This document shows positions 7,549 through 16,202 of a stretch of DNA of 64,000 nt, piece by piece; within the stretch, counting starts at the first letter, position 1, and each line of letters starts with the position of its first letter. Made by a program: the position numbers and the translations under genes. Source of the stretch: Candidatus Dormibacteria bacterium. Lineage in GTDB: Bacteria; Chloroflexota; Dormibacteria; Aeolococcales; Aeolococcaceae. Under the pieces are notes generated by a model. It worked only from the letters and a program-made list of their open reading frames with translations, was not told where the DNA came from and ran no database searches. Where the stretch lies: assembly GCA_044450385.1 (NCBI GenBank), contig JBIOIZ010000001.1:25299-89298 (forward strand). The letters run 5' to 3'.

Positions 7549-8634
7549 TCAGGCTCCCTTGGGGCGGCGGTAGAAGGGCAGCGGCACCACCGTTGCCGCG
7601 GCGACGGTGCCCCTGATGTCGACGGAGAGCTCGGCGTCCGCCGGGACGTCGCCGTCCAATGATGCCGTGGCGATCGAGTGATCGAGGGTGAAGCTGTAGG
7701 TCCCGCTCGTGACCTCGCCGACAGGCTCGCCCGCCGCGAGCACCCGCTGTCCGTGGCGAGCGATTGCCCTGCCCGCGATCTCGATGCCGACGAACCGTCG
7801 CGGCGGATGCGATGGATCGAGCTGAAGCAGTGCCGGCTTGCCGATGAACTCGCCCTTCTGGAGCTTGACCGTCCATCCCAGCGCGCAGCTGTACGGGTCG
7901 GTCTCGTCGTTCATGTCCTGGCCGTAGAGGCGCAGGCCTGCCTCGAGACGGAGCGTGTCGCGCGCGCCCAGTCCGCATGGGATCAGGCCCTCGCCAGCGC
8001 CGGCATCCAGGAGCCTGTCCCAGAGAGCGGGCGCGTCAGACGCACCGACATAGAGCTCGAACCCGTCCTCACCGGTGTAGCCGGTGCGCGAAACCGCCGC
8101 CTGGATGCCCGCCACCTGCGTGTCGGTGGAGTGAAACGGCCGGAGCTCCGCGACGTCGTCGGCAGTCAGGCCGCTGACCAACTTGACCGCGCGCGGGCCC
8201 TGCACGGCGAGCAGCGCCACCGAATCGCCGACATCCTCGAATGTGGAGTTTCCGCTGTGGTCGCCCATCCAGGCGACATCCTTTGGCCGGCAGGCGGCAT
8301 TGATCACGACCATGTACCCGTCCGCTTCGCGGTACACGACCACGTCATCGACGATCCCGCCCCTGTCGTTGCACATCACGCCGTAGAGGGCACCGCCGAC
8401 CTCAAGGCGGCCGACGTCGTTGGTGACCAGGCGCTGGACGTCGTCGAGCGCCCGGTCGCCGGTGAAGCGCACCTCGCCCATGTGCGACAGGTCGAACAGG
8501 CCACAGCGAGTCCGGACCGCCACGTGCTCCTCACGAATGGTCGAGTACTGCAGCGGCATGTCGAAGCCGCCGAACTCGACCATCCGTGCCCCGGCCGCGA
8601 TGTGCCTGTCGTGAAGCGGTGTTCGCAAGGCCAT
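7549..8634 (-). CDS. gcvT: Glycine cleavage system aminomethyltransferase T
   Basis: MALRTPLHDRHIAAGARMVEFGGFDMPLQYSTIREEHVAVRTRCGLFDLSHMGE is a canonical GcvT N-terminus. 361 aa. Confidence 0.93.
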   Translation of the reverse strand: MALRTPLHDRHIAAGARMVEFGGFDMPLQYSTIREEHVAVRTRCGLFDLSHMGEVRFTGDRALDDVQRLVTNDVGRLEVGGALYGVMCNDRGGIVDDVVVYREADGYMVVINAACRPKDVAWMGDHSGNSTFEDVGDSVALLAVQGPRAVKLVSGLTADDVAELRPFHSTDTQVAGIQAAVSRTGYTGEDGFELYVGASDAPALWDRLLDAGAGEGLIPCGLGARDTLRLEAGLRLYGQDMNDETDPYSCALGWTVKLQKGEFIGKPALLQLDPSHPPRRFVGIEIAGRAIARHGQRVLAAGEPVGEVTSGTYSFTLDHSIATASLDGDVPADAELSVDIRGTVAAATVVPLPFYRRPKGA

Positions 8635-8643
8635 GGGCTCGCG

Positions 8644-8649
8644 AGTGTA
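8644..8649 (-). promoter_or_regulatory. Candidate -10 box (TACACT) 9 nt upstream of the gcvT ATG
   Basis: Minus strand reads TACACT-CGCGAGCCC-ATG. The whole gcvT/acylase spacer is only 38 bp. Confidence 0.35.
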
Positions 8650-8672
8650 GTACGTTGCCAGACCGCTTCCAA

Positions 8673-11114
8673 ATGATCATTGCCATCATCGTCGTGGCGG
8701 CCCTGCTGGTCGTCCTCTGCGCCGCTCTACTGGTCGCGCGCCATCGCACCTTCGGCGTCTCCCTGCCCAAGGTGAGAGGGAGGCTCGACGTGGGGGGTCT
8801 CACGGCGGACGTGACCGTCGGCCGGGATCGCTGGGGCATACCCCACGTCAACGCCGTCTGCATGGAGGATGCCGCCTTCGCGGTGGGTGTGGTTCACGCC
8901 CAGGATCGTCTCTGGCAGATGGAGGTGACCCGGCGCGTCGCGACCGGCCGGATCAGCGAGCTGATCGGATCCGACGGTGTGAACATCGATCGATTCATAC
9001 GCAGGGTTGGCCTGCATCGGGTTGCCCGTGAGGAGGAGCTCCGCCTGGGCCCCGAAGCTCGCCGGATGCTCAAGGCGTATTCGGCCGGTGTCAACGCCAT
9101 CGCCCAATCCGGGCGGCCCCTCCCGCTCGAGTACCGGTTGCTGGGCGTGACGGCGGAGCCGTGGGAGCCGATGCACAGCCTCGCCGCGGTCAAGCTGCTG
9201 GCACTCGGTCTGAGCATGAACTGGGACACCGAGCTGCAGCGGCTGGAGCTGCTGCGCGCGATCGGGCCGGAGCACGCAGCCCGGCTCGACATCGTGTACC
9301 CGGACGCGAATCCCACCGTCCTCGCGAGCACGGTCCGGGCGGCGGGCGGGACCGACACCCGGACGCAGCTGCTGACGATGTTCCGTGAGGCGGCCCGGTG
9401 GATCCCCACCGCCGGGGGCATGAGCAACTCCTGGGTCGTCTCCGGCGAGCGGACGACGTCGGGGCGGCCGATTCTCTGCAACGATCCGCACCTGGTCCCG
9501 GGCATGCCGTCGATCTGGTACGCGGCACACGTTCAGGCGGGCGAGGACTTCGAGTCGACCGGCGTGACCATGCCGGGAGTGCCGTTCGTGGTCATCGGAC
9601 ACAACAAGCGTGTCGCCTGGGGATTCACCAATTCCTTCGCAGACTGTCAGGACCTGGTCATCGAGGAGTTCGACTCGCCGGCCGCTGATCGATTCCGCAC
9701 TGAGCGCGGATTCGAGCCCACCCGGAGGCTGCGCGAGATCATTCACGTCAGGAACTCGTCCGACGTGCTCGAGGAGGTGGTGGTCACCCGCCACGGACCG
9801 GTCGTCGAAAGGATTGAGGATCCCGAGCGCTCCATCTGGCGGGGGCTCGCTCTCCAGTGGACCGCGCTGCAGCCCGGAGGCGCCGCCGAGGGACTCCTCC
9901 GGCTGCAGCGCGCGGGAGACTGGAAGAGCTTCAAGGACGCCTTGGCGTCGCTGGATGCGCCGTCCCAGAACGTCGTGTACGCGGACGTCGACGGCCACAT
10001 CGGGTACCTCCTGTCCGGGCGGATCCCGGTCCGGAAAGCCAAGCCGAGCGGTCTTCCCATCCAGGGCTGGACGGGGAGCGCCGTGTGGACCAGGTATCTG
10101 ACCCCGGACGAGATCCCCCAGCTTTTCGATCCCCCCGAACATCAGATCATCACGGCCAACAACCGGATTGCCGGCGACGGCTTCCCGTTCTACATCGGCA
10201 CGGACTACATGTCCGGATACCGCGCCCTGCGAATCGGCGAGCTGCTCTCCGAGCGAGTGGTCGACCTCGCATACATGGCCCGGGCTCAGATGGATCTCGT
10301 GTGCCCTCCGGCGCGCCAGGTGGTCCGGCTGCTCGCCTCGATGCACTGTGCGAGTCCCTCGGCGGAAGCGACACGCCATCGCCTGGCGCAGTGGGACGCG
10401 GTCATGGATCCGCATCGCGTCGAGCCGACCATCTACGAGGCGTTCATGGCCCGGCTCGCGGAACATTCGCTGAGCCCCGTCTGCGGCAACGCCTGGCGGA
10501 TCCTGGCCGGCGTCGACCTGTCACACCCGGTCTTCCAATACCCGGGCAACATCATCGGCCGCCTCACGCCCTCGCTGATCGAGCGCTGGGAACTTGGAGA
10601 CGACGGGCTGTTCGAGGGCCTGACCACCTGGGCCGAGGTTGTGGCAAAGTCGCTCGACGACGCCATGAACGACCTCCGTGGCCGCTACGGACGGCGCTCG
10701 CATCGCTGGGTGTGGGGACGCGTCCACAGGCTCGAGCTCATTCATGCGTTCGGGCGCCGGCGCGGGCTTGCGTGGTTCTTCAACGCACCCTCTATCAAGG
10801 TTGGTGGCAACACCGACACTGTTCTTGCCACGTCGCAGGTGCCGGGAGAGCCGTTCGAGACCCGTCTCTCGGCCCCGTCCTGGCGTCAGGTCCTGGACGT
10901 CGGCAAATGGGACGCGAGCGGCGGTATCCATGTTCCCGGGCAGTCAGGACAGCCGGGCTCGCGCCACTATCGGGATCTTTCACGCCGCTGGCGTACCAAC
11001 CGGCAGTTCCCGCTGTACTGGAGCGCTTCGGAGGTGCGCCGCCACGCGAGAACGCGGCTGACCCTCCATTCCGTGCCGGCATCGCACACGGCCGAGTCAG
11101 GAGGTCGAACATAG
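8673..11114 (+). CDS. Penicillin/acyl-homoserine-lactone acylase family Ntn-hydrolase (peptidase S45) with N-terminal membrane anchor
   Basis: Start taken at MIIAIIVVAALLVVLCAALLV (TM). Family motifs: RDRWGIPHV, HAQDRLWQM, and the autoprocessing site GGMSNSWVVSG...ILCNDPHL. Confidence 0.88.
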   Translation: MIIAIIVVAALLVVLCAALLVARHRTFGVSLPKVRGRLDVGGLTADVTVGRDRWGIPHVNAVCMEDAAFAVGVVHAQDRLWQMEVTRRVATGRISELIGSDGVNIDRFIRRVGLHRVAREEELRLGPEARRMLKAYSAGVNAIAQSGRPLPLEYRLLGVTAEPWEPMHSLAAVKLLALGLSMNWDTELQRLELLRAIGPEHAARLDIVYPDANPTVLASTVRAAGGTDTRTQLLTMFREAARWIPTAGGMSNSWVVSGERTTSGRPILCNDPHLVPGMPSIWYAAHVQAGEDFESTGVTMPGVPFVVIGHNKRVAWGFTNSFADCQDLVIEEFDSPAADRFRTERGFEPTRRLREIIHVRNSSDVLEEVVVTRHGPVVERIEDPERSIWRGLALQWTALQPGGAAEGLLRLQRAGDWKSFKDALASLDAPSQNVVYADVDGHIGYLLSGRIPVRKAKPSGLPIQGWTGSAVWTRYLTPDEIPQLFDPPEHQIITANNRIAGDGFPFYIGTDYMSGYRALRIGELLSERVVDLAYMARAQMDLVCPPARQVVRLLASMHCASPSAEATRHRLAQWDAVMDPHRVEPTIYEAFMARLAEHSLSPVCGNAWRILAGVDLSHPVFQYPGNIIGRLTPSLIERWELGDDGLFEGLTTWAEVVAKSLDDAMNDLRGRYGRRSHRWVWGRVHRLELIHAFGRRRGLAWFFNAPSIKVGGNTDTVLATSQVPGEPFETRLSAPSWRQVLDVGKWDASGGIHVPGQSGQPGSRHYRDLSRRWRTNRQFPLYWSASEVRRHARTRLTLHSVPASHTAESGGRT

Positions 11115-11118
11115 AGAC

Positions 11119-11772
11119 GTGACCCCCTCTGGCCAGCGCGGCATCGTGCGCGGATGCTGCATCGGGCTACTCGCGCTCCTGTTCGCCATCGGGGGGATGG
11201 CCTTCCTGGCCGATCGAGCGCTGGCGGCGCCCGATCTTGGTCGCCTGCCGGCAGGGCCGTCCCACGGAGCCACTGAGGAGGCGATCGCGCTCGCCCTCGG
11301 CGAGGAGATGGCCGCGCAGCTCATCCAGGGTGCGCACGGCGTGGTGGTGCTCAGCGAGCGTGACCTGACCGTGCTCGCCGTCGCCAACAATCCGCATCCC
11401 GATGCGTTCCGCGACGTTCAGGTGCGCGTTCGCGGCGGGCTGCTCGTCGTTTCGGCGCAGGTCTCGGCCGGGCCTTTCACGCCGACGGCCGTCGCTCATA
11501 TCAGTCTCTCACTGCAGCCGGGTCCGACCGGGCCGGCGGTTGCTGCGCAGGTCCCGGAGGTCGATATCGGAATGCTGGGTCTCCCCGGGTTTGTGGGCTC
11601 GGGGCTTGCCTCGCAGATCGATGCGGCCCTGTCGCTGGACCGGCTCTTTGCGATCGCGCCAAAGCTCAGCGTCCTGAGAACCGATATCGAGTGTGTCGCG
11701 GTTGTGCCGGGAGGAGTCGCCGTCGGCGTGCATGATCCCGGCGCCGCGCCGGATCCCGCGTCATGCGCGTGA
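11119..11772 (+). CDS. Hypothetical membrane-anchored protein
   Basis: GTG start 4 nt after the acylase stop. N-terminal TM CCIGLLALLFAIGGMAFL. GC-rich third codon positions. No family recognised. Confidence 0.55.
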   Translation: MTPSGQRGIVRGCCIGLLALLFAIGGMAFLADRALAAPDLGRLPAGPSHGATEEAIALALGEEMAAQLIQGAHGVVVLSERDLTVLAVANNPHPDAFRDVQVRVRGGLLVVSAQVSAGPFTPTAVAHISLSLQPGPTGPAVAAQVPEVDIGMLGLPGFVGSGLASQIDAALSLDRLFAIAPKLSVLRTDIECVAVVPGGVAVGVHDPGAAPDPASCA

Positions 11773-11779
11773 GTGACAC

Positions 11780-13483
11780 CTAGGAAGTCGTCTCCGCCAC
11801 CACCGCGAGGACGAATGCCGCGTGGCTCTGCACCTGCGGGTAGTTGCCGAGCGGGGAGCGCTCGGCTGGATCGGCGACCTCGCCGAAGAGCCCGAGCGCT
11901 CCCCGGGTTGACAGTGCTGCATCGCGCCACCGCGACCCGTCGCGCCCAATGGCGGTGAGCGCTCCGGCGAGCCAGAAGGTCGGAAAGACGAACGGTGCGC
12001 ACGGATCGGCGATCGAGTCGACCTCCTGCTCATGGCGATCGATGAGACCACCTCGGTCGAGTCGCTCGATGATCAGGTCGAGGGTGGGAGCGACCCGTCC
12101 GGCGAGGGTGTCGAGCGCGTCGACGAGCACCGCCTGGGCAAGCGCCGCGTCGGCGCCCCCGCCGTCGAGGCGGAGCTGCAGCGGCCCGCCAGACCCCAGG
12201 TCAGCCTCGATGGCGGACGCCGTCTGACGCCATGCGGCGGCGTCACCGGAGACCACGCGCTGATCGACCAGCGCGGCGGCACCATGCAGTCCGCTGAGAG
12301 CGGTCACCAGGGAGTGCGTATATCGAGCTGGAGCACCACGGATCTCCCAGATCCCGTGATCGGGCTCGCGCCAGTGCTTCGCGAGCCAGCCGGCCAGGAT
12401 CGGCACCGCGGCTGCGAGCTCATCGGGCAGTGCCGACGCCCGGGTGAGCGCTGTGGCGAGCTCGATCACCTCGCCGGGGACGTCGAGTTGCGCCTGGCGG
12501 GCTGCAGCGTTGCCGATCCGCACCGGACGAGCACCGCCGTAGCCGGTGAGTTCCGTGATCTCCGTCTCCTCGGGCGGTGCGCTTCCGTCAACCCGGACGA
12601 GCGGAACAGGTCCTGAGCTCATGACCACCGAACCGATGAAGGCCCCAAGCGACGTTGCGGAGTCGACGAGTCCGAGCCGGAGCAGGGCCAGTGCGGCGAG
12701 CGAGGAGTCGCGGAGCCAGCAGTACCGGTAGTCCCAGGTCCGTCTCGATCGCGGCCACTGCGGCAGGGAGGTGGTCGGCGCGGCGACGATGCCCCCGCCG
12801 GTCCGGCGCAGACCGATGAGCACTGCCGCCGTCGTCTCGAGGAGATCGCCTGCGACCTGGGCTCCAGCATGCGGATTCATCGCCGGGATGGTCTGCTGCC
12901 ACTCGGCGATCGTCGTGCCGATCGAGAATGCACGCCGCACGGCTCCCGCTGTGCCGAGTGTGACCGTTGCCGCCGATCCCCAGCGAACCTGCAACCTGGT
13001 GACGGCCCCTTCCCCGTTCGTCTCCCACGCCGACGGCCCGTGAACGACCACGTGGCTGACGCCGTCAAGCTCGACCGCGTTGTCAAGCACGCGCAGCGCC
13101 GCCACGGTCCCCGGCCACGCCGGCGTACGGACCTCCACGACCACATCGATTGCGTCGCCCTCAGCGCGCATGCTGCGAACCAGCAATGGACTGTCGCCGA
13201 GGTCGAGCGCATCGTCGACTGTCAGCCGCGCCGCACCGACCTGCCATACCGTCTCGAGGACGAGCGATCGGGGGTGATAGCGGCGGGAGATCACAATAGC
13301 TTCGGCTCGCTGAGGCCGCACGGAGAACGCGCCGCCTCGAACGTCGTCGAGGATCGAGAAGAACAACGGCGTGGAGTCGATCCACGGCCAGCAGAGCCAC
13401 GCCACGTTGCCTGCGGGATCGACGAGTGCTGCGGTCCGCGAGTCAGCGAGCAGCGCGTGCTCGCCGATCGGATGCTGCATCAT
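11780..13483 (-). CDS. Glycoside hydrolase family 15 protein (glucoamylase/trehalase-like)
   Basis: HALLADSRTAALVDPAGNVAWLCWPWIDSTPLF and RTWDYRYCWLRDSSLAALALLRLG are typical of GH15. A second ATG at 13480 may be the real start. Confidence 0.85.
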   Translation of the reverse strand: MMQHPIGEHALLADSRTAALVDPAGNVAWLCWPWIDSTPLFFSILDDVRGGAFSVRPQRAEAIVISRRYHPRSLVLETVWQVGAARLTVDDALDLGDSPLLVRSMRAEGDAIDVVVEVRTPAWPGTVAALRVLDNAVELDGVSHVVVHGPSAWETNGEGAVTRLQVRWGSAATVTLGTAGAVRRAFSIGTTIAEWQQTIPAMNPHAGAQVAGDLLETTAAVLIGLRRTGGGIVAAPTTSLPQWPRSRRTWDYRYCWLRDSSLAALALLRLGLVDSATSLGAFIGSVVMSSGPVPLVRVDGSAPPEETEITELTGYGGARPVRIGNAAARQAQLDVPGEVIELATALTRASALPDELAAAVPILAGWLAKHWREPDHGIWEIRGAPARYTHSLVTALSGLHGAAALVDQRVVSGDAAAWRQTASAIEADLGSGGPLQLRLDGGGADAALAQAVLVDALDTLAGRVAPTLDLIIERLDRGGLIDRHEQEVDSIADPCAPFVFPTFWLAGALTAIGRDGSRWRDAALSTRGALGLFGEVADPAERSPLGNYPQVQSHAAFVLAVVAETTS

Positions 13484-13486
13484 GCC

Positions 13487-13492
13487 AGCCTA
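13487..13492 (-). promoter_or_regulatory. Candidate -10 box (TAGGCT) 6 nt upstream of the second ATG of the GH15 gene
   Basis: Minus strand reads TAGGCT-GGC-ATG-ATG. Confidence 0.3.
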
Positions 13493-13558
13493 GCCCAGGC
13501 ACTGGGCGGCGGAATGGGATCACACTGCGCGTGTCGTCAAACCTCAGGGAGCTGGGAG

Positions 13559-13912
13559 ATGTTCGGTCGGCTGAAGGACCCCGTGGCCGGGACGGCGACT
13601 CTCGTGAGCTTTACCGAGACCGATCACGGGCTCCGTTTATCGTCGCACGTGAGTGCCAAGGTGATGCTGCATGCGCCGGGGATGGAGCCGCAGGCCGTCG
13701 ACGTGTCGCTGCGTGTCCCGCGAGCCGAACTGCCGCTCGCGATCGGTGAGGTCTGGAATGTTCAGTTCGATCGCCGGCAACCGGCCAATGTGAAGTTCAC
13801 ATGGGCGGTGAGCGGCGAACTCGACGACGAATCACAGCGAGAGGTCGACACCGAGCTGCTTGCCGACGAGGTGCGTGTCCTCAAAGCCGGCCGGCGTCGC
13901 GGCTCGAGGTAA
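13559..13912 (+). CDS. Hypothetical protein (117 aa)
   Basis: ATG 13559 preceded by GGGAG. Coding-like GC3 bias. It lies in the non-overlapped tail of ORF 12869..13912. No family recognised. Confidence 0.5.
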   Translation: MFGRLKDPVAGTATLVSFTETDHGLRLSSHVSAKVMLHAPGMEPQAVDVSLRVPRAELPLAIGEVWNVQFDRRQPANVKFTWAVSGELDDESQREVDTELLADEVRVLKAGRRRGSR

Positions 13913-13924
13913 CCGACCCGCGGG

Positions 13925-15118
13925 TCAGGGGACGGCGAGCGGGGGAATCGTGTCAGCGATGCTCGCGATCTTCTCGGCCCAGTTGGGGTCGCTCGCATAG
14001 TCAACGTTCATGCCGCGCAGCGTCGGGCCGTGATAGAACTGCCCGCCCGCGGTCAGGTAGTTGGTCGCGATGAATTGCGCGACGTACTGGATGCACGCGT
14101 CGAAGCTCGTGAACGTCACTGCGTCACCGTAGGGGTTCGCGTCGTCGGCGCCGAAGCCGAAGAGGTTGTGCTTGAACTGCGCGATGGCGCTCGTGCCCCA
14201 GCCCGACTCGAGGATCGCGTGGGCGACGAAATAGCGCGCGCTGACGTGGTATGTGGTCTCCGCATGCATGAAGCTCGCGCCGAGTCCGGCAAGCGCTGAG
14301 CCGGCCAGGAACTGATCGAGGCTCGCAGCAGTCTCGCCGCTGGGCAGCGTGAGGTTGGTGTCGACCGTGAAGAGCGGCCCGGGGACCGCCTGGTAGATCG
14401 CATCTCGAGCGCGCGCTGCGGCGAGGGCCGCGACAGCAGCGGCAAGGGCCTTCTGCGCCTGGGAAACGTGGGCGTGTGCGGTGATGTCCGCGGCCAGGAG
14501 CGTCTGCGTCTGCACCTTGATAATCGCTTCCTCCGTCCGCGCCTGCTCTTCCTCTGCGGCGAGTTGCGCGAGGTCGGCGGTATGCCGTGCCAGCGTTGCG
14601 TTCGCCTTCTGCTCCTCGGCAGCGATGCGTCCAACCAGCTGCTGGCTGGCCGATGAGATTTCGTTGACCTGAACATCTCGCTGAATCGCGGCTGCGATGG
14701 TGTTCGCCGAGATGATGTAGGCGATCAACGCCTGTGAGCCGCCGCTCTCGTACGACTGGCGCAGGTAGGCGGAGAGGTGACCGCGATCCGCGGTGAGCTG
14801 CGCATTGACCGTGCGCAGCGTTGCAGTGTCAGCGGCGATCGTGATGTTGAGCGCGCCGATCTGGGAGTTGATGAGTGCAAGGTGTGCGTTCGCAGCTGCC
14901 AGTGCGCTGCGCGCGAGCGCGAGCGCGGTGTCAGCGTTGTTGGCGGCAGCCTTCGCGTTCTGGGCGTCCTTGGCTGCTGCTGCGGCCGCGGATTGCGCCG
15001 CGCTCACCGCCGGCGTCGGCCCCGCGGCGGCCGGCATGGCGATCAGCGTCAGCATCAGCGCGAACGGCAGCGCGAGCACAAGACGGTGACGGGCGAACGG
15101 AAACCGGGGGTGACGCAT
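13925..15118 (-). CDS. Secreted peptidoglycan hydrolase: long Ala/Gln-rich coiled-coil N-domain plus C-terminal GH73 glucosaminidase domain
   Basis: Signal peptide LVLALPFALMLTLIAMPAAAG, ~230 aa of heptad-like Ala/Gln/Leu sequence, then VAHAILESGWGTSAIAQFKHNLFGFGADD (mannosyl-glycoprotein endo-beta-N-acetylglucosaminidase motif). SD GGGAGA upstream. Confidence 0.8.
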   Translation of the reverse strand: MRHPRFPFARHRLVLALPFALMLTLIAMPAAAGPTPAVSAAQSAAAAAAKDAQNAKAAANNADTALALARSALAAANAHLALINSQIGALNITIAADTATLRTVNAQLTADRGHLSAYLRQSYESGGSQALIAYIISANTIAAAIQRDVQVNEISSASQQLVGRIAAEEQKANATLARHTADLAQLAAEEEQARTEEAIIKVQTQTLLAADITAHAHVSQAQKALAAAVAALAAARARDAIYQAVPGPLFTVDTNLTLPSGETAASLDQFLAGSALAGLGASFMHAETTYHVSARYFVAHAILESGWGTSAIAQFKHNLFGFGADDANPYGDAVTFTSFDACIQYVAQFIATNYLTAGGQFYHGPTLRGMNVDYASDPNWAEKIASIADTIPPLAVP

Positions 15119-15262
15119 CGCGGCCAGTCTCCCATCGGGTGCCTTGCCGATCTCCCGATGTCATCGCGCCGTGACCGGCCGTCACCGCCACGTCACACGC
15201 CCGTACGCGGAACATCCGAGGAGTCGCCGGTTTCCACGGGCACGTACTCGCGTCCCGTTGGA

Positions 15263-15457
15263 CTAGGAGGCCTTGCGCTCCAGGAGGCGGCGGCGGATCT
15301 CGTCCGCAGCGCCGATTTCGACTGTCGACCGCGGCCCGCAGCCCGGGCAGATCCGGTGGCCACCGACCGACTCGCCATCAGCGCCGTAGTACAGCACCGA
15401 GAGCATTTCCCCCTTGCACATGGGGCACCGGTCGGACGTTTCCGGGTTCGTCTCCAT
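15263..15457 (-). CDS. Small zinc-ribbon protein (64 aa)
   Basis: METNPETSDRCPMCKGEM...ICPGCGPRS has two CxxC pairs. ATG 15457 is preceded by GGGGAG. The upstream part of ORF 15263..15676 was discarded. Confidence 0.55.
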   Translation of the reverse strand: METNPETSDRCPMCKGEMLSVLYYGADGESVGGHRICPGCGPRSTVEIGAADEIRRRLLERKAS

Positions 15458-15544
15458 CGCTCCCCTGCATGATCGCACGGAGGGGGCTGGTGGGGGGAGC
15501 AATCGAGCCACCGTCACCGACCCGACACCGTCGCGGCCGGGCGC

Positions 15545-15550
15545 TACGCT
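15545..15550 (+). promoter_or_regulatory. Candidate -10 box (TACGCT) 7 nt upstream of the rsmG ATG
   Basis: TACGCT-CGGCGCC-ATG. This is the same hexamer and spacing as at the M24 peptidase gene. Confidence 0.35.
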
Positions 15551-15557
15551 CGGCGCC

Positions 15558-16202
15558 ATGGGACCGCTTCCACCCGACATGAACGCGACTCTCGATGCAT
15601 ATCTCGACGAGCTCGTGCGCTGGTCCACCCACCTCAACCTGACATCGATCGGGCGCGCGCAGATGTGGGCACGCAACGTGGTCGAGGTTCAGCAGCTTCT
15701 CGGCGTGGCTGCTCCGCCGTTGGGGTGCAGGGTCGTCGACATCGGTTCCGGTGGTGGTGTGCCGGGGATCGTCATCGCCGTGCTCAGGCCCGACCTGTCG
15801 GTGACACTCATCGACTCTGACCGGCGCAAAAGCGCCTTCCTCATCCACGTCGCCGGTCTCCTGGGACTGCCACACGTGCGAGTTGAGGCGATTCGCGCTG
15901 AGGACGCCGGACGCCGGGGGGACCTGCGCGAGCAATTCGACCTCGCAACATCGCGGGCGACGGCACCGCCACCGGTGCTCTGCGAACTCGCCCTGCCGTT
16001 GCTTCGCGTTGGGGGCACGCTCGCCGCGCTGGTGGCCGATGCACCGGCTGCACGCCACTCCTGCAGCGGCGCAGCCTCGGCCTGCGGCGGAAGCGCTCCA
16101 GAGGCACCGGCGCACGGTGTGCTGAGCGTGCGAAAAGTGGCGCTGACCCCCGCCAGGTACCCGCGGCGGCCTGGGACCCCGAATCGGCACCCGATCAGCT
16201 GA
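15558..16202 (+). CDS. rsmG: 16S rRNA (guanine527-N7)-methyltransferase RsmG/GidB
   Basis: YLDELVRWSTHLNLTSI...VVDIGSGGGVPGIVIAVLRPDLSVTLIDSDRRKSAFL is a typical GidB SAM-binding region. Confidence 0.88.
   Translation: MGPLPPDMNATLDAYLDELVRWSTHLNLTSIGRAQMWARNVVEVQQLLGVAAPPLGCRVVDIGSGGGVPGIVIAVLRPDLSVTLIDSDRRKSAFLIHVAGLLGLPHVRVEAIRAEDAGRRGDLREQFDLATSRATAPPPVLCELALPLLRVGGTLAALVADAPAARHSCSGAASACGGSAPEAPAHGVLSVRKVALTPARYPRRPGTPNRHPIS

Noticed and set aside
8635-8672. Glycine riboswitch upstream of gcvT.
   Set aside because: Only 38 bp separate gcvT from the divergent acylase gene, and a -10 box sits 9 nt from the ATG. There is no room for the ~100-200 nt aptamers.
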